Shown here: piece by piece, positions 40,878 to 55,300 of the stretch
How the letters are laid out: each line of letters opens with the position of its first letter
Position numbering within the stretch: the first letter of the stretch is position 1
From: Ophelia neglecta
Taxonomy: Eukaryota
Assembly: GCA_965285935.1 (NCBI GenBank)
Contig: OZ260665.1
Coordinates: 21,390,001-21,454,000 of the forward strand
DNA: 64,000 bases
Reading direction: 5' to 3'
Notes under the pieces: generated by a model
Told to the model about the DNA's origin: nothing
The model's database searches: none
Seen by the model: the letters and a program-made list of their open reading frames with translations, nothing else
Position numbers and translations under genes: made by a program

Positions 40878-42869
40878 CGGACGGCGACAAAAATCGTTTG
40901 ATTCTGACGATGAGATACTGAACTGTGTTCACACCAAATGCATAAGGCTGAATTCCGTCATCTGGGAATTTAGCATCTGCTACCTTGCTTTAACAGACTT
41001 GCATGAAATCCATTGTACAACATACAACGAGAGTATTTGGACAACAACCCACAATGTATTACCACTGCCTTAGAGCCAGACATCCAAGGATACCAGAAGG
41101 CATCCCATTGTGAAAATGAAGACAGAAAAGACCTAATTGAATATCATACCTTTACTCAGTAGCTTTCCCGTCACATTGAGTACTGTAGACGGAGATCAGT
41201 CGGAGCGAAGCCAGGCCGTGGATGCTCCTACCGGCCCACCTGATGTTGTGTGCATGTGTCGGCGACGAACGCGTGCCAGGAATCCATGCAAAGCTTCCTA
41301 CATGCAAAAAACTGCTCAGTAAGGCCGGAATGTAAAATCGACTAACAGAATAATGTCAGAGAAAGGCGTGAACAAGATTGATCGCGAGTGTTAGTTTTGC
41401 CGATAAAAGAGGAACTATTCAGAAAACTAGACATTGAATAATATCGGCATCAAAGTATGTAAGCCTGTAGCGTTAATGATGAAGCCTTACAACGGTAATG
41501 GGGTAAGATTTTGACCGCCAAAAGACCAACTAGTAGCTCACTCTTTAAAAATGATTGGCGTGTTCCATTCTATTCCAACCTGTCCCTTTATGATAGGCTT
41601 TCTGTGATCACGAACGAGGAAATTAACGAATATGTTTTCATACCTAGCATGCAATTCATCACGCAGCCACTTGAATATTTTATCAAACGCTTTTTGGCAA
41701 TGGTGTATTAAGAAGGTAATTCCTCATCTGAGCAATGCTGCTAGGTTAATTAAGAGGTCAAGCCCAATTGTTTGTGCATTACTTTGAGCCAGCCGTCTCC
41801 GACAAAATAACCCGTCTACGTCTTTCTCTGTCTAACCTCTAAATCCACCCGGTGTGAAAAAATTGACTCTTCTAAACTAAACACGTCAGTCAGAAACACA
41901 TAAATACTATTAAAATTAAGACGAGTTCTTAGAAAGATATCATATGATATAGTTGGCAACAAACAGAAGCAAACAGTTTTCCTTGATATACGAACCTGGT
42001 CTAAAACTGACGCGGAATGGCATATTTGAAACTTTGTTTCTATATTATATATTACCATAGTCAAAATGTTAGGCCTACTATAACTTTGAGTCGAAATTAT
42101 CTATATGTGAGTTCGAAAATGTATTTTATAATTCATAAAAGAGAAAATATAAGAATTTGCTTGATATTATATATTCGTCAGCATTGAGTAATAACTTGGT
42201 TAATTATTAATGGTTTTATGTCTACTTTCAATAATTGGATTTTTTTCTGTCAAGACTTAAATGATGCAGTTTATATGCCACCAGTACATTTTCAAGGCTA
42301 TAAAAACCATTTAGCTCGAAGGAAGCAATCTGCCAAGGTGCATGCATCTTTCAGCTGAGCCCGAGCACTCGGTATTTAAGTACCCCAGACGAAGCCACTC
42401 CTATTGCCACAACCAATATGTGTCATGGCATAGCATGACATAGGGCAAATTTAATTGTACTTGCTATGTCCATGGCTCCATTTAAGGAGAACCAATGCAA
42501 TTGACCCGTTAAAAGGGAACGGACCGACTTGTGCCCAATGTAACACTCTAAATTCCGTTATAACTGGCAAGGGGAGAAAAAGGTTTATTGTAGAAGTTAT
42601 GTGGTTATTGACGAGACTGGAATTCAGGTGTAGGGCGTTCATAGAACGAACAAACACGCTTGATATGATCTTTATTGGAAAAAATAGTATGAGGTGCACA
42701 TTCCGCAACATTGAATGTTTTATATGGTGAAGAGGTTTGGTCCAAATATGGACATATTTTAAGGCAAAACGGCTTGTCAGTGATTAGCGTGTCCCATGAA
42801 AATTTATAGACGGGGAGTGTTAGTGCATGAATGGCAAATGTTGACTTAGATTCATCAACATCCAGTCAA

Positions 42870-43830
42870 TGATATAGGTATACACATTACTTTCATACAC
42901 GCTGAGGGATCATTATTCAAAGGAGATGAATGAGGTTCAAAGACAGACTCTCAAGCCTGCGATTACAACGGGGATGTTGTAAAGAATCATGTCGATCAGA
43001 AAGAATTATTTAAGATGGTGGACCATTTGTTTAGGCCAAAAAGTGGCCCGTGTGTCCTTAACACAACGCAGGTAAAGTCACGACTAATAATTTCCTGGAT
43101 ATTTTGGTTGGTAATATTAGTAAAATAAAGTCATACTAATTCAAATACAAAAAAAAAGTTCAATCTTATCATGGGCAAAGAATTTCACGTGTAGAAATGA
43201 TGTCATTTCATTCAGCATGAAGTTTTCCCAATATAAATAGGTGCAGGTACTTGATCCTTTTAATTGGGCCCTTTGTCTGCCTGGTAACTTCATGAGTATT
43301 TACCAGAAAAACTACTCCCTGGCTTGTCATTCATGGCTGGAGTTCGATGATCTGCTCTTAAGTTGTACTCCTCTTCTCTGCGTGATAAGACACAGTTAGT
43401 GACTGTTAATGGTAGAAATGTCCGGATCGGAACCTTTAACACGTGGCTCGCCATAAGGAAGTATCCTGGGAACGCTCCTCTTCTCCTTATACACCATAGC
43501 CATGGGTGATTGGTTTATACAACATGACGTAACTTCCACCTGTATACTGCTGAACACAACCCTATCTGTCATTTTTGCCATATATTACAGATAAAAGACT
43601 GATGGTAACTTGTTCTTCGGGACAACAAAACATCATCAGTTTATTGGTGACATTCGTTCATCGATGGAAAGTAATTTTCTTTGTCTGATCGATGGCAAAG
43701 CCGAGTATATTGTCATCAATTCTCTCTTGGGTAGATCCAGTTCAGACTCAGAGGGTTAGTTTGCAGATTGGGGTTATAACAGTCAACTCTTTGGCTATCG
43801 GACGGAATTTGGATTTGGTTATGCAATCTT
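42870..43830 (+). mobile_element. Decayed L2/CR1-group LINE ORF2 (reverse transcriptase) relic
   Basis: Collinear peptide remnants: DQKELFKMVDHLF, NNFLDILVGNISKIK, GVR*SALKLYSSSLRDKTQLVTVNG, GSP*GSILGTLLFSLYT (GVPQGSxLGPLLF), FHLY (decayed YADD), IGDIRSSMESNFLCLIDGKAEYIVI, LQIG..GRNL. Many stops and frameshifts, plus an internal deletion. Confidence 0.9.
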
Positions 43831-45792
43831 CTGATCAAGCAGATTGCAAATATCAAGACGTTATCTCCATAAAAAGCATGGCCAATATTTAATACGGATT
43901 ACTATACATATTTGTATATCTTTACAAATGAGCTGAAGCTAGAAGGAGTATTTTATTTACTAGAGAAATATGACATTCTTAGTGTTTGCGTTTATCGGTT
44001 CAGATTACTCAAATGTGGATGAGATGGAAATATAAACGCTTTGATCAAACATACTGGGCAAATGATTTTCCTCGGACTAAGCCCTCGGACAAACATGACT
44101 CGCTTCAGGCCATGAAGTTCCATATGGCTTCCACAGGAAGACAATATTTGTGTGTTATGAAACTGAACACAATGGATCACCAATGATGGTTGCACTTCTA
44201 GCAGTAATACCTGGTTCGAGCCTATTCTTTATTAGTGGGCATAGTCTGCAATAGTAGCATTTCCTGGTGCCAAAGGGTTTTTAAAGGATATGTTCAATTG
44301 ATAAAAATTCTCATTTCAGATAATCTTCTCTGGCCAACAGTAAGTGCGTCGGACCACCCTAATCGTCAATAAAGTTTTTCTAAAATCAAAAGACATAATT
44401 TGACTCGTATCTTGAAAACTTGTTCACTTTATTGTAATAGAAGTGATTTCAAACTGTACATATCAATCGGGTCTATAGTAAATTTCCATTGATGGGAATG
44501 GTGTTGTGCGTGGGCCTATTCCGGAGGTTCGTGATAACGTTTGCGGGATTTTTTGGGCTTTTTCATTATCCCTGGTATTGCCATATGTGCTTAGCATCCA
44601 TTAAAATTATCGAAGAACCGGAGGATTTGAATCACATCAAACGCACACATTGGAATTCGTCAAACCCAGGTCTTCTTATCAGGGTATGTGTTTTCAGGTA
44701 TTCCTGCGCTGAACTGTTTACTTTGTTGCTGCTGCTCTAACGGGCATTGAGAACGATGGGTGAGAGTGGTTAGTGTGAGGATATTCTACTGTTCTCTCGC
44801 CGACGGCACAGCACCGAACAGAGGGAGCCCTCTTATCTGGCAGCTTTCTGGCTGTATTCACACTTTTGCATCAGTGGGGATAATAGATGTATGACCAAGT
44901 CCAACGTTGAACTAAGCACTAAGGTGAATTCGATTCTTCCGAAAGGCCACGATGATACAGAGTGATAAATGGTAATTTTATCGAGTTTCTCCTGACTGGT
45001 CTCATTGTCATGAGCTAATAGTTGATCGTATACAATGTCTTCCCATCGATCAGCGAAGACAGCCAGAAAGTCGACGGCAATAGTATCAGTAAGTTAGTGG
45101 TGGCCTAGTTAGCATTCTTCAGCCCCTCTTCCTAGTCATACCGGCGTGTACTAATCCTATCAATGGTAATTTTATCGCCTTCGGTAGTTAGTATTTATGG
45201 TTGTTTGGTCATCACAGCACAACTATGTTGTGGTGGCGCATGTTTTTCGCCAGTTTTCACATTTTGCGGCTTATCCATGCTGGAGAAATTACGGGTAGAT
45301 TTACCTCCCATTTAAGTGTTAGCTCATTTTTGCAAAACCAAATATCGCATTTACTTGTTCCAGTGCAGAACACAAACTATTGATCATTTTATGAAAGGTT
45401 TAAGTAGGTTATAGCTTGCACTTGGCAGAAGGAAAACTACGTGGGCATGAATTGTTACATTAGGCTTCTACATCTGATAATTCCGTCTTCACGTGCAACC
45501 TTTATTATGCATGCACGCTCTGTTTCAGTATTAACATCACGGGTTCGCGTAGCGGTTATGAATAATCACGAATGGCTATGGTCGACTATTTATAGCATCG
45601 AGGAACTCGCCAGCACCTGGCTTTCACTGTTCTCTTTAACTATTCAATTACAAATATAATGTCGCTGCTTTGGGGATTTGGCTATTTGTAAATGACATTT
45701 TGTGGTGATACTCTCCTTAAAGACTCTCGCTCAATCTTATTGGTTCCTTTCATTCACAACCCTCCCACGCTGGAACTTCCTTGACCTTGCTT

Positions 45793-46873
45793 TGAAGGTT
45801 ATTTTCTAGAAAAAAAGATATTTAGTTAGCTTCAGTTCTTAAGGCTCCCATCAGACTCATTCTACATATAGGATGAATAGAGGGGAATGGACATTTCCAC
45901 ACCTTGAAAAACAAAGCTGGATGTAAAGAGAATAGAGGCTGGACAGGTTTACATAGAGACATGCATTGTTAATGCACAACCTATGCGGCCTCGCACATCC
46001 ATGTTCAACAATATTCGTGGCGTATGGCTAAGGCTAATGCATGCGAAGACAACAACAATAAAGCAAAATGGAGACCAGATCAACCAAGTAAAATGATTAA
46101 CAACAGGTTTATATTGATAGGCGGCTTTTTATGTGGAAAGTTGTTCGATGTCCTTGGGAGACATTACAAATGTCTAATTACATAAAGTGTCTTGATTTCC
46201 TTTACCAATACTGGTTATTGATTAAGCTTTGTCAGCCAGGTATCTACTGGAGATTTTTTGTAGTATTCTAATAGACGTTAAGTTTATTGCATTCCGTCGC
46301 TGCACAAGCAAATCGAAATATCCAGAATATTTTCTTTAAATGCACATGGCAGGTTATTGGATGAAACGATCTAGTCGATAAGATCGCAATCATTCGATAG
46401 TAAGTGATTCAATGTGCATTTTTTTTACAAACAACGTAGCCAGTCAAAGGGGGTGAGACGCGAATATAAAATGTTGATTAAAGTTAAATAAAGAGCTTAC
46501 CGAAATGTCTTCAAGAATGAATGGATTAAAAACCAGATTTGTCTGTATGTACCTATCAGTGCAGTGTTCTAATAATCATGTCCTTCCATTTTAACAATTC
46601 AAAGCTATATGAAATATAAATGGCTTATGACTGGAACAGAATATTGTTGAATATGGATGTGTGAGGCCGCATTGTTGGTGCATTAACAATGCAAATCTCT
46701 ATGTAAACATGTCCATCCTCAATTCTCTTCGCATCCAGCATTGTTTTCAAGGTGATGATAATTTCCCTTCTCCTCTATTCATCCTGATTATCATATATGT
46801 AGAATGAGCCTAATGGGAGCCTTACGAACTGAAGCTAACTAAGTATTTTTATTTCTAGAAAAAAAAACCTTCA
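45793..46873. repeat. Long inverted repeat / foldback-like structure
   Basis: Arms 45793-46016 and 46639-46873 are diverged reverse complements, e.g. TTAGTTAGCTTCAGTTC vs GAACTGAAGCTAACTAA and CATTGTTAATGCAC vs GTGCATTAACAATG. The spacer is 622 bp. Confidence 0.9.
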
Positions 46874-48840
46874 GAATCTGGTAATGACAGCATAGCATTG
46901 GCTTATCTTTTCAGTCCCATGTATAGTTCCTAGGGTTAGGATGATTTGATGAACAAATACTCGCTGAGCAAACAAAAGGATTTGGAATCCATCTTTGCTA
47001 AAAGCAATGTCTTTTGTGGTTGCCTGAACATCGCAGTAACTACATTTGCAGACGGCTACTCACGTCACCTTCATTCAATTGTCTGGCAAATGACGGCAAT
47101 ATGGCGCCAAGCCGAACTCGTTAGGTTCATCATGAGCAATAGTGGTGGCTAACTATGCAATAAAGGAGGGACTACGGCTTTGTGTGATTTATTTATGCAT
47201 GATTGCCATCATCTCTTTGTTTAAAACAATATGAGTAAGTATATTTTCATGTGTGCTGTTTCATAAAATTGTTACTTCACACGTATTGTCGGCAGACAGA
47301 CGATTTACAATGTGTTTGTACGTTTCACCATTTTTAGGCAATAAAATCAAATATTGGTACAATGGTGTACGTGTATTATCCACATGTTAACCTTAAATAA
47401 TCTTTTCAAAATAGTAAGCATAATGAAAGGTTAGAAACATTCATGTTCCAAGGGAAGGTATATGAAGTAATATGGGCACGTAGGTCCCTGTGCGGGAATT
47501 ATTGATAGATAATACCAGGGTACCATCAAAACTTAGACATTTCCGTTCCTGAGGCATGATAATGATAACGCATGTACTCAATATACTCGGCATTGAAGCA
47601 CAAACAGGCATATCCGGTGCCCGATCCGGGGTCTCGGTGTAAACATTTGTTAGGCACTTGAACAATGCACTTAACTGGGTTTTTTTCCATTGCTTTTAAT
47701 GTTGCGTATCTTTGCTCTGGTGTATATGAGGAGGTTAAGTAAATTTACTCTCCATTGCTCTTTGGTCTACCTGACCACATGGGCTTGTCTTTTCTAATGT
47801 ATGTCTTATTGGGGAGGGGAACGAGTGTATCTGGACCTTTTCATCCATTCGAGTGTGAATATCGTAGAATTATCGCAAAAATCGTTCAAAAATCTCTATT
47901 TTAACAGAACTATTGACACATAGTGATGGATGGCCATTTAATGCAGTTTTCGTATTAAAGCTAGACGTTATCAGCTCACCTTTGATCGTACTAAATATTT
48001 AAGACAAGAACAATCCCTACGGCATGAAGAATGAATGCTCTTTGGACTTTGGACTTTGGTTCACTAAAATATCCAGTTGAACTACCAGTCTATGAAAGAA
48101 AAAGCCGACATTTAGGAAACCAATTATGTGGTTATATTGTTGTGGAAGTCCAAATGGGAATAATCGATTAAAGCATATCCCATAGTGAACAGCCTTTTGG
48201 TGACAAATTACAAAATTGCTACTCAATCTCTTGCTCTACACTCGGATGTTAAGGAATAAATTAAAACTTTAAACGAAAAACCATGTCGTGAAAAAAGGTC
48301 ACGTTTCATTGAACCGGCAGAAGAAGAATCAATTGCTGACATTGTGAATAGGGCCAGCAATGATCTATGACTTTAGAGGTGCAACCTGATAATACAAATA
48401 AATTGCAGTTTTGTTCAATGAGAGCGTCTCTCCTCTTGGCATTTATTTTGCTTATTAATGATAAAGGAACCCCTTCACACCGTTCCATTTGCCAACACGA
48501 TGATAGACGGCGTATTATATACTAATATCCAGGCATTTTTATACCCTATTCCTATTTAGTCTTCAGGGACCTTCTTTTTGGTGTTTTGTTCATTGAAAAT
48601 TCATCTTTGGTGTTTCTAATATTCTGAGAGTGCTTCAACCATCATAGCCTCTTTGGGATATTTGTAATCGCCGCCCATCTTTGACCACTGAATCATTTGT
48701 TTTGTGATCTGACTTGCATCATGGTAAACTGGTGACTGCTCCTTTTTGCAAATATGATACTTTTTTGTTAAGAAATGTTTTATTTTATTTTGTTAAATGA
48801 TTATTTACTTTTGTTAATATATTGATCTTATTTTATTGAT

Positions 48841-48933
48841 ATGTGGGGTGCTGTGGCTGCTGGGGCTGAAGGATTTGGACCAATTTAAGGGACTTTATTC
48901 TTGAATTGGTTCTGTCTGCCGGGTATCCACCCC
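48841..48933 (+). repeat. Family X, copy 6
   Basis: ATGTGGGG..GCTGGGGCT..CAATTTAAGGGACTTTATTCTTG..TGTCTGCCGGGTATCCAC. Confidence 0.6.
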
Positions 48934-50677
48934 GGGTATTGTGACAAGACGTCTGTAAATATAACTGAGATCATTGGCCGTTAGGCTGACGGCACTGTAC
49001 TTTATTCCTTCAACATCGTAAAGTATTGACCTATGGTATGAATAAGCCGCAGGTGCACTGAATTGGCTTTGGTCGTCTGATAATTTATAGCAATAGACTT
49101 ATTTGAGATTAGCTGAAAACGTTTGGAGGGAATACCATCCAATGATTGCATGCTATGTGGTTGTTAAACTGCACACCGGCACAATTTGCTTCTAGTTTTG
49201 TTTCGATTGGCTCCCAGCACGCTGAAAGTGCGTATAGATTAAAATTAAAAGGTTCTTAAGGAATGAGAATTTTTTTATTTTTTCATTCTACTTACGTGTC
49301 ATAAATAAGAATAAAGCGGAATCAGTTTTAATATTAGGCTAGGAACGCATAATTCTACGATTCATTGGGGTTTGTTAGTCGAAAATGGAGTTATATTTGT
49401 ACGAGAGGAGCTTAATAATGGTAATTAATTAAATCAGATAATCCTTAATCAGACCAGCTGAAGCAAATTACTTGTCATGTAACATTTAATGACAGAAAAT
49501 TAAGGTCGTGAAACAGATTGCAAACTTGCCGCTGATTAGTGAGAAGATATCTTAGAATATTTAGCCATGCATTGTATCTATTGTATTTATAACAGAAACC
49601 AGTTTGATCAAACAATTCCAAAAGGTCCTTTATAATCGCTGAATGATATTAGGATCGACCGTGTCATTTAAAGCTTCACTATTCACCATTGACATAAGAC
49701 ACGAATAACTCATCTAAATGCAAACAACAGAGCCATTGAAATAATTAGTTTTAAATATTTGAACAACGGCCTCATAGTCCAAAAGCACTGATGTCGAATT
49801 CACTTTTGTCATTCAATCAGTAATATTCCTTAAAGCATTCATTTCCCATTGAGGTCGATAACTCAAACTGAGGAAGGCAGTGTGCCCCTCAAGGCAACGC
49901 CTTTGTGTGTACAGACCGAGGGTAAACCAAACCGAGAACTTTCCTTATTTCACTGAACAATTTCCATTGAACTGACGGAGTGAAAATCCTCTTTTCACAC
50001 AGCCTTGGGATTTCACAAACGATAGGGAAAATGTGCATTAAAACACGTTGCAAATACAATTGCAAACGTTTCATAAGTCCTGAAACAGAAAAGGACACTC
50101 ATGCTTTTATAGAGTGAAAGGATCATTATTTATTAACAATCGTATGCACAAAGTCCACTTTGGTGTTAGTTTATTTAATCTCCATTCCCGAATTGACATA
50201 AAGTACATATGGTTAACTGGCAATATGACGCAACAAAACGAAGTTTATGAAAGGCAGAAATATAGAGTCATTGATTTAGAATAAGACCAATTAACTGTCT
50301 GCCTAATTAGACTCAACAGGCAAATGACATTACGCTTTTCCATCGTATGTGTCTCTTATCGAATTATATAAACATCAATGCAGTATATAATCCCGTATCC
50401 CAAACAATTAGTTCTTTAATGCAGGCAGTCATTTATTGGTTTCATATCATAGTTCCTCTTTACTTCAGCACAATGCCAACAATGATGACAAACACTCACG
50501 TAACATTAATCGACCCCCAGAGATTAACGTTAGATAAACAATTAAGGCCGGCTGCCGGTGTCAATTATAGATGCACTGTTTGTTCTGTTATTGAAGTAAA
50601 ATCCTGCCTCGTCCTTCAGCGCTCAGACTTCAAGAGATCGACATCTAGTGGTTAGAAGAACAGACGTGATTGTAAAT

Positions 50678-50828
50678 ATGCCGTGTCTAGACGGATCGGT
50701 CCCATGTATGTAAGGATGTCATGCCTAGTCGGAGCTTTATAAAGATGCCATGTATGTAAAGATACCATGTCTAGACCGATCTAGGTAAGGATGCCATGTA
50801 CGTAAGGGTAACATGTCTAGACGAATCT
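50678..50828 (+). repeat. Composite degenerate minisatellite
   Basis: Alternating CCATGTATGTAAGGAT and CCATGTCTAGACGGATC motifs. Confidence 0.8.
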
Positions 50829-52186
50829 TTGGCGTTTTCCCATATATTACCTTGGTATCTGTGCACAAAAATACCATTGAATTTGGCAATCACTGTCAAT
50901 GATTATGACTTCTAATATAACTTTCAAAGAGACAGTCTATGGTGGAATAAATCCCCTATATATTATTTTGAGTCTACAAATGCATCTGTATCAATGACCC
51001 AAGATCAGATATGGAAGTAAAGGTCCATACATTTTTAATTTCCAACTTTTATAGCAGTTGCCCAACATGTGTTTAGCCATTATTTTTAATATGAAAAAGG
51101 CCGATTGATCAATGTACTGGTACAAACACAAGGTAAACGCAAACTAGTAAAATCTTGATATGTGAGACCCGGAATCGATACCACAGAAAGCTAGTTGGCC
51201 TCCTGGAGAGATCGATGCGCAATGCATACATTTACATTGATGCCAAATTATATCATACATTATAGAAAAAAAGTAGCTTGGGTCGAACAAGACATGCATG
51301 GGAGGTAGGTTTGTCAATGTGTCAAGGGGAAAATCACAATATTTTAATGTGGCGCGAGAGAGACAATGCGATTGTGCCATTTGTATTCTTTCAATCAAAG
51401 GTCGTTTACCCAGCTTTTTATCGTGTAATAAAATCCATGTGAAGAGCAGGTGCGAAAGTGATATGGTCACGGACTTTATTTGCTAAATCTATATTAAGAC
51501 GATAAAAATTGATAGAATGCAATTCCTGACGTATATGTACCTAGTTAGTGCCGTACAAGGACCTATTCATGGCCAGAAAATATGTTCTTAGAACAATGAA
51601 AGTTCGATAGCTATAATATTGGGCCATAGGGACTCTTCGAACAGCGGTGCAGTTAGTATACTACTTTGAAGCGGTGTAGCTAGTATCATTTTGGCATCAG
51701 AGATATTACGCAGAAATGGCCTGATCATGATTTAGTAACAAACTCCAGCCAGTTTCCATAGCGCATGCGTATTTCTGACTTAACCAAACCACAAATACTG
51801 ATACTTATGACTGACGAAATAGTGTATTCCTATATTAATAATAAATGAAATAACACCAATGACCGATTGAATGGGGTATTCTGGCTTGAAGTCTTCCAAG
51901 CATCGGGTCCCGTTTTATGGACAATAATCATGGATTCTCTAGCAATACAAAAAAATGTGAAATGCTTGGCACATAATAGAACTAGTTAGTCTTTATAGCT
52001 TTTCAAATATGCCATATAATTTCGGGTTATCAATCCGGACAATACAGAAAACATCTACGAGTAGCAAAACCTCAAGTTATATTGTGGTATACTTTCAATG
52101 TCAATAACCTTTAGGGGCTTGATTTAACAGGACTATCGTCTGACGTTCCCGAACTCACCACTGTCTATCTTATACTAGCTGTTGTA

Positions 52187-52308
52187 CAGTGGGACCATCG
52201 GTGGACTGGTCTGGTTACGGGAGTGGTCTGTTTTGAACGTTTTCAGATTAGTACCCGAAATTGACAGGTATGATTATATAGAGGAGGTCTTTAAGGAAGG
52301 TTTCACAG
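52187..52308 (+). mobile_element. Tc1/mariner-like MITE, degenerate copy 3
   Basis: TA|CAGTG...GTGGTCTGTTT...GAGGTCTTTAAGGAAGGTTTCACAG|TA, an internally deleted relative of the 26820 copy. Confidence 0.65.
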
Positions 52309-55300
52309 TATATTTCATACCAATTCCGCATATAATACAGCTTTTGTATGAAATTACCAATAACTTAAGACACTAACATTATTATTTTTTATTGCATTTG
52401 ATTCGTTTTTGTTCCGTTTTTGCAGCTTAGTGAAATTGCTGCCGTGCTTCATAATGCCAAGAAATACGAACACCTTAGATATGTTCCAAATGGACGATTT
52501 ACTTCAAACGACAAACAACATAAGGCAAAAAAGGAAATCGTCCAAGGAAAGGCATTTAAACTTACAGGGTTAATACAGTTAATACTCTCGCTACCGTGGA
52601 ATATTACATTTCATCCAGTTTAAAATGGAAGCAACAAAAATCAAAATGGATTTTCTTTTCCTAAAAATGGTAACGATAACATTATGAATAGATGGTAAAG
52701 TAAGCTAGTAACATTTTATTGTGTGTGATCAACAAAGTATGACAGTATTATACAAGATTGTTAAAATAAGTGTGCGACGTTAGAACTACTGTAGTTCGAT
52801 GCCCCTAGACTAGTAAAGGTTAACTCGGGCAAGTAAACATCAACAGACATTAGCCCGAATGGACTTTATTCATAAAAGACATACTGCCTATCATACTCTA
52901 CAATGTGTCATTTAGAACTGATGATACTGCATACATTTTGATAATCTAGCAGATGACATTATATATCTAATTTCAAGGGTATACATCATACATAAACTGA
53001 CCCTTGTATTGCCAGTTTGTTGTAAAAGTTTGGGCTAGTGCACAAGCTTTTGGGCTGATAACGGTCCAACATTCTAGTGCCATATTCTTAAAAATATATT
53101 AATTTCATTTTTTTCTTGTATTTTAAGCTAGCAACTTTTAACGAGGATCAATTTAAGCATAATCTATTTACTACTTTAATCTGAGTTGCTTGTAATGGTA
53201 CTGTTAGATGCTTTTTATTTTATAAGAGCTTAGAGCTATTTATAGGCGTCATAGAAATCAATGAATTATAATAAATAATAACATTACTAGCTCGAATGGA
53301 CTAGTAGCTTAGAGAGTTTTTATTGCAGAGTGCACAGTTCATTCTACTTGCACATGTATTGGGATATAGGAATTTATTAAAGGTTACTTAATCAACTGAT
53401 ACTAGGAGAACTAAAACGGACATCGACAATCGACTGGAACTTTTAAAAGACTCAATGAAGCTAAAAAACGACTTAGGGTTAAGGTTACACTGGACTAAGT
53501 ATTTCATGAAAACAGCAATTTATGATTGGATTGTAACCCGGAATACCTAGTGATCTAAGAAATACTAGCAGTTCAAAACGTACACAGAAAAATATAATTT
53601 AGGTCTAGTATTTTTTTTTCCACACAATTGTCCAATTTAACGAACATGTTTGTTTGAAACAGCAGTTATTGTACGCAGCTTTTTATTTTCTTGGATATGC
53701 GCGGGAATACTAATATCTTATTGTGTATTCAAACCTTTGTTAATTCTAAAGCTTCGGAGCGTTCTGCTTTAACATTTATCGTTGGCATCAGTATAACAGT
53801 GCTACTGCCATCATATATTCTTCGCAGTGCGCACTAGTAAATTTTCTTGACCTTTTGCCACCTGATTTGCAGCTTACATAGTGTTTTTATAACACAGTAG
53901 CCCATCGACACTGGTTTTAATACCCGTCTATATAGATAAGATTAGGTAAACAGTGTAATTAAGGAACTTTCAAGCTAACCATGTTGAAGTCTGCAGCTAA
54001 TATTTGATCATTTTCATTGCCTGAAATCAGTTGATTGAGGTGGTAAAGAAAGCATACTGGTTAAATCTAGATACTGATCAGAGCGCTGGTATGAAACATG
54101 CTATGCAACAATCTGGTTCGCAATGCAGGCGGGAACTTTGGACTATTAATAGTTGGTTATCTGACGATTGAAGTCTCTTTGATGAAGAACACCTTTAAAC
54201 GAATGTGCTTTTAAGCCGAACTTAATACATATCTCATCTAGTATTTGCTCAGTCTCTATTATTATAAGCATCGTGATTATAGTAAAATACTGTTTCCGAT
54301 ACGGATTTTCTAAGATAAATAAAAGCCAGACGTGAGATTTCTGAAGCCCCATCAGCGAGTTTTCAAGGTTGAAAGCTGATGATATTTAAAATCGTACACT
54401 CACCTGAATGGTGCATGTTCTAAATCATGTTGTTGTTGAGCCGGATATAAAGTTCGCCTGCCTAGAGGTCATTTCATGTGACCCACGTAGTTTAACATTC
54501 ACCCACTATGTTATCATTTGTTTCAGACAGTCTATAAGGCACTGATACGGTAGAATTGTTAATATCCAATGCACTCTGAGACGTTTTGAACGAAAGAAGC
54601 TCCGAATGGGCAAAACTGTGCACTGAGAATGAGGTGAAGGCAGTGTTGTATGTTCAGAAAGGCAATATCCGCAGCTACAATGATACCATTATATAACCTA
54701 GCCCTACAGATGACAAGACGCATTTCTGGCTGGCTGTGAAAACTATTCAACTGGCTGAATGGAAGCTTTTTATTGGCTTCTCGCTAGGTTATTTGGCCTA
54801 ATCCGTGCAGTGTGGTTTGTGTATTGAGCAACTGAAGTGCGGGAAGAAAATCCATAAAGTTGCAGCTCCAATTGCCGAGCTACCATGCACCCAAGTATTT
54901 GTATTGAACACCAGGGGCCTATGTAATAGGATTTTCTTTCTACCCCCTCCCCCCTTCAACCCCCCTTCTCCCTCCACCATCCAACTAACGTGGCATGACT
55001 AGAACAATATTGATATAATTAAATATTGACGTAGCATTATTTCTTCTACTATATTCTATCTAATGTTAGGTACTTTTAATTGTATTGCAGCGTCTTAGAG
55101 CAATTGATTGGACTTGGATCAAAATAAATGTATATATAAGTATAAACGCAAGAACAATCGATTTACCAAAATATATGATGATATAAAGTATATCCAAGCT
55201 CGGCGATGGCATCAGAAACGCGAACACATGATTGAAAATGGTTTTGATAAAGAAGTAAAGGTGGGAAAATTCTCACCATTATTTCAGCAGTTTTCTAATT

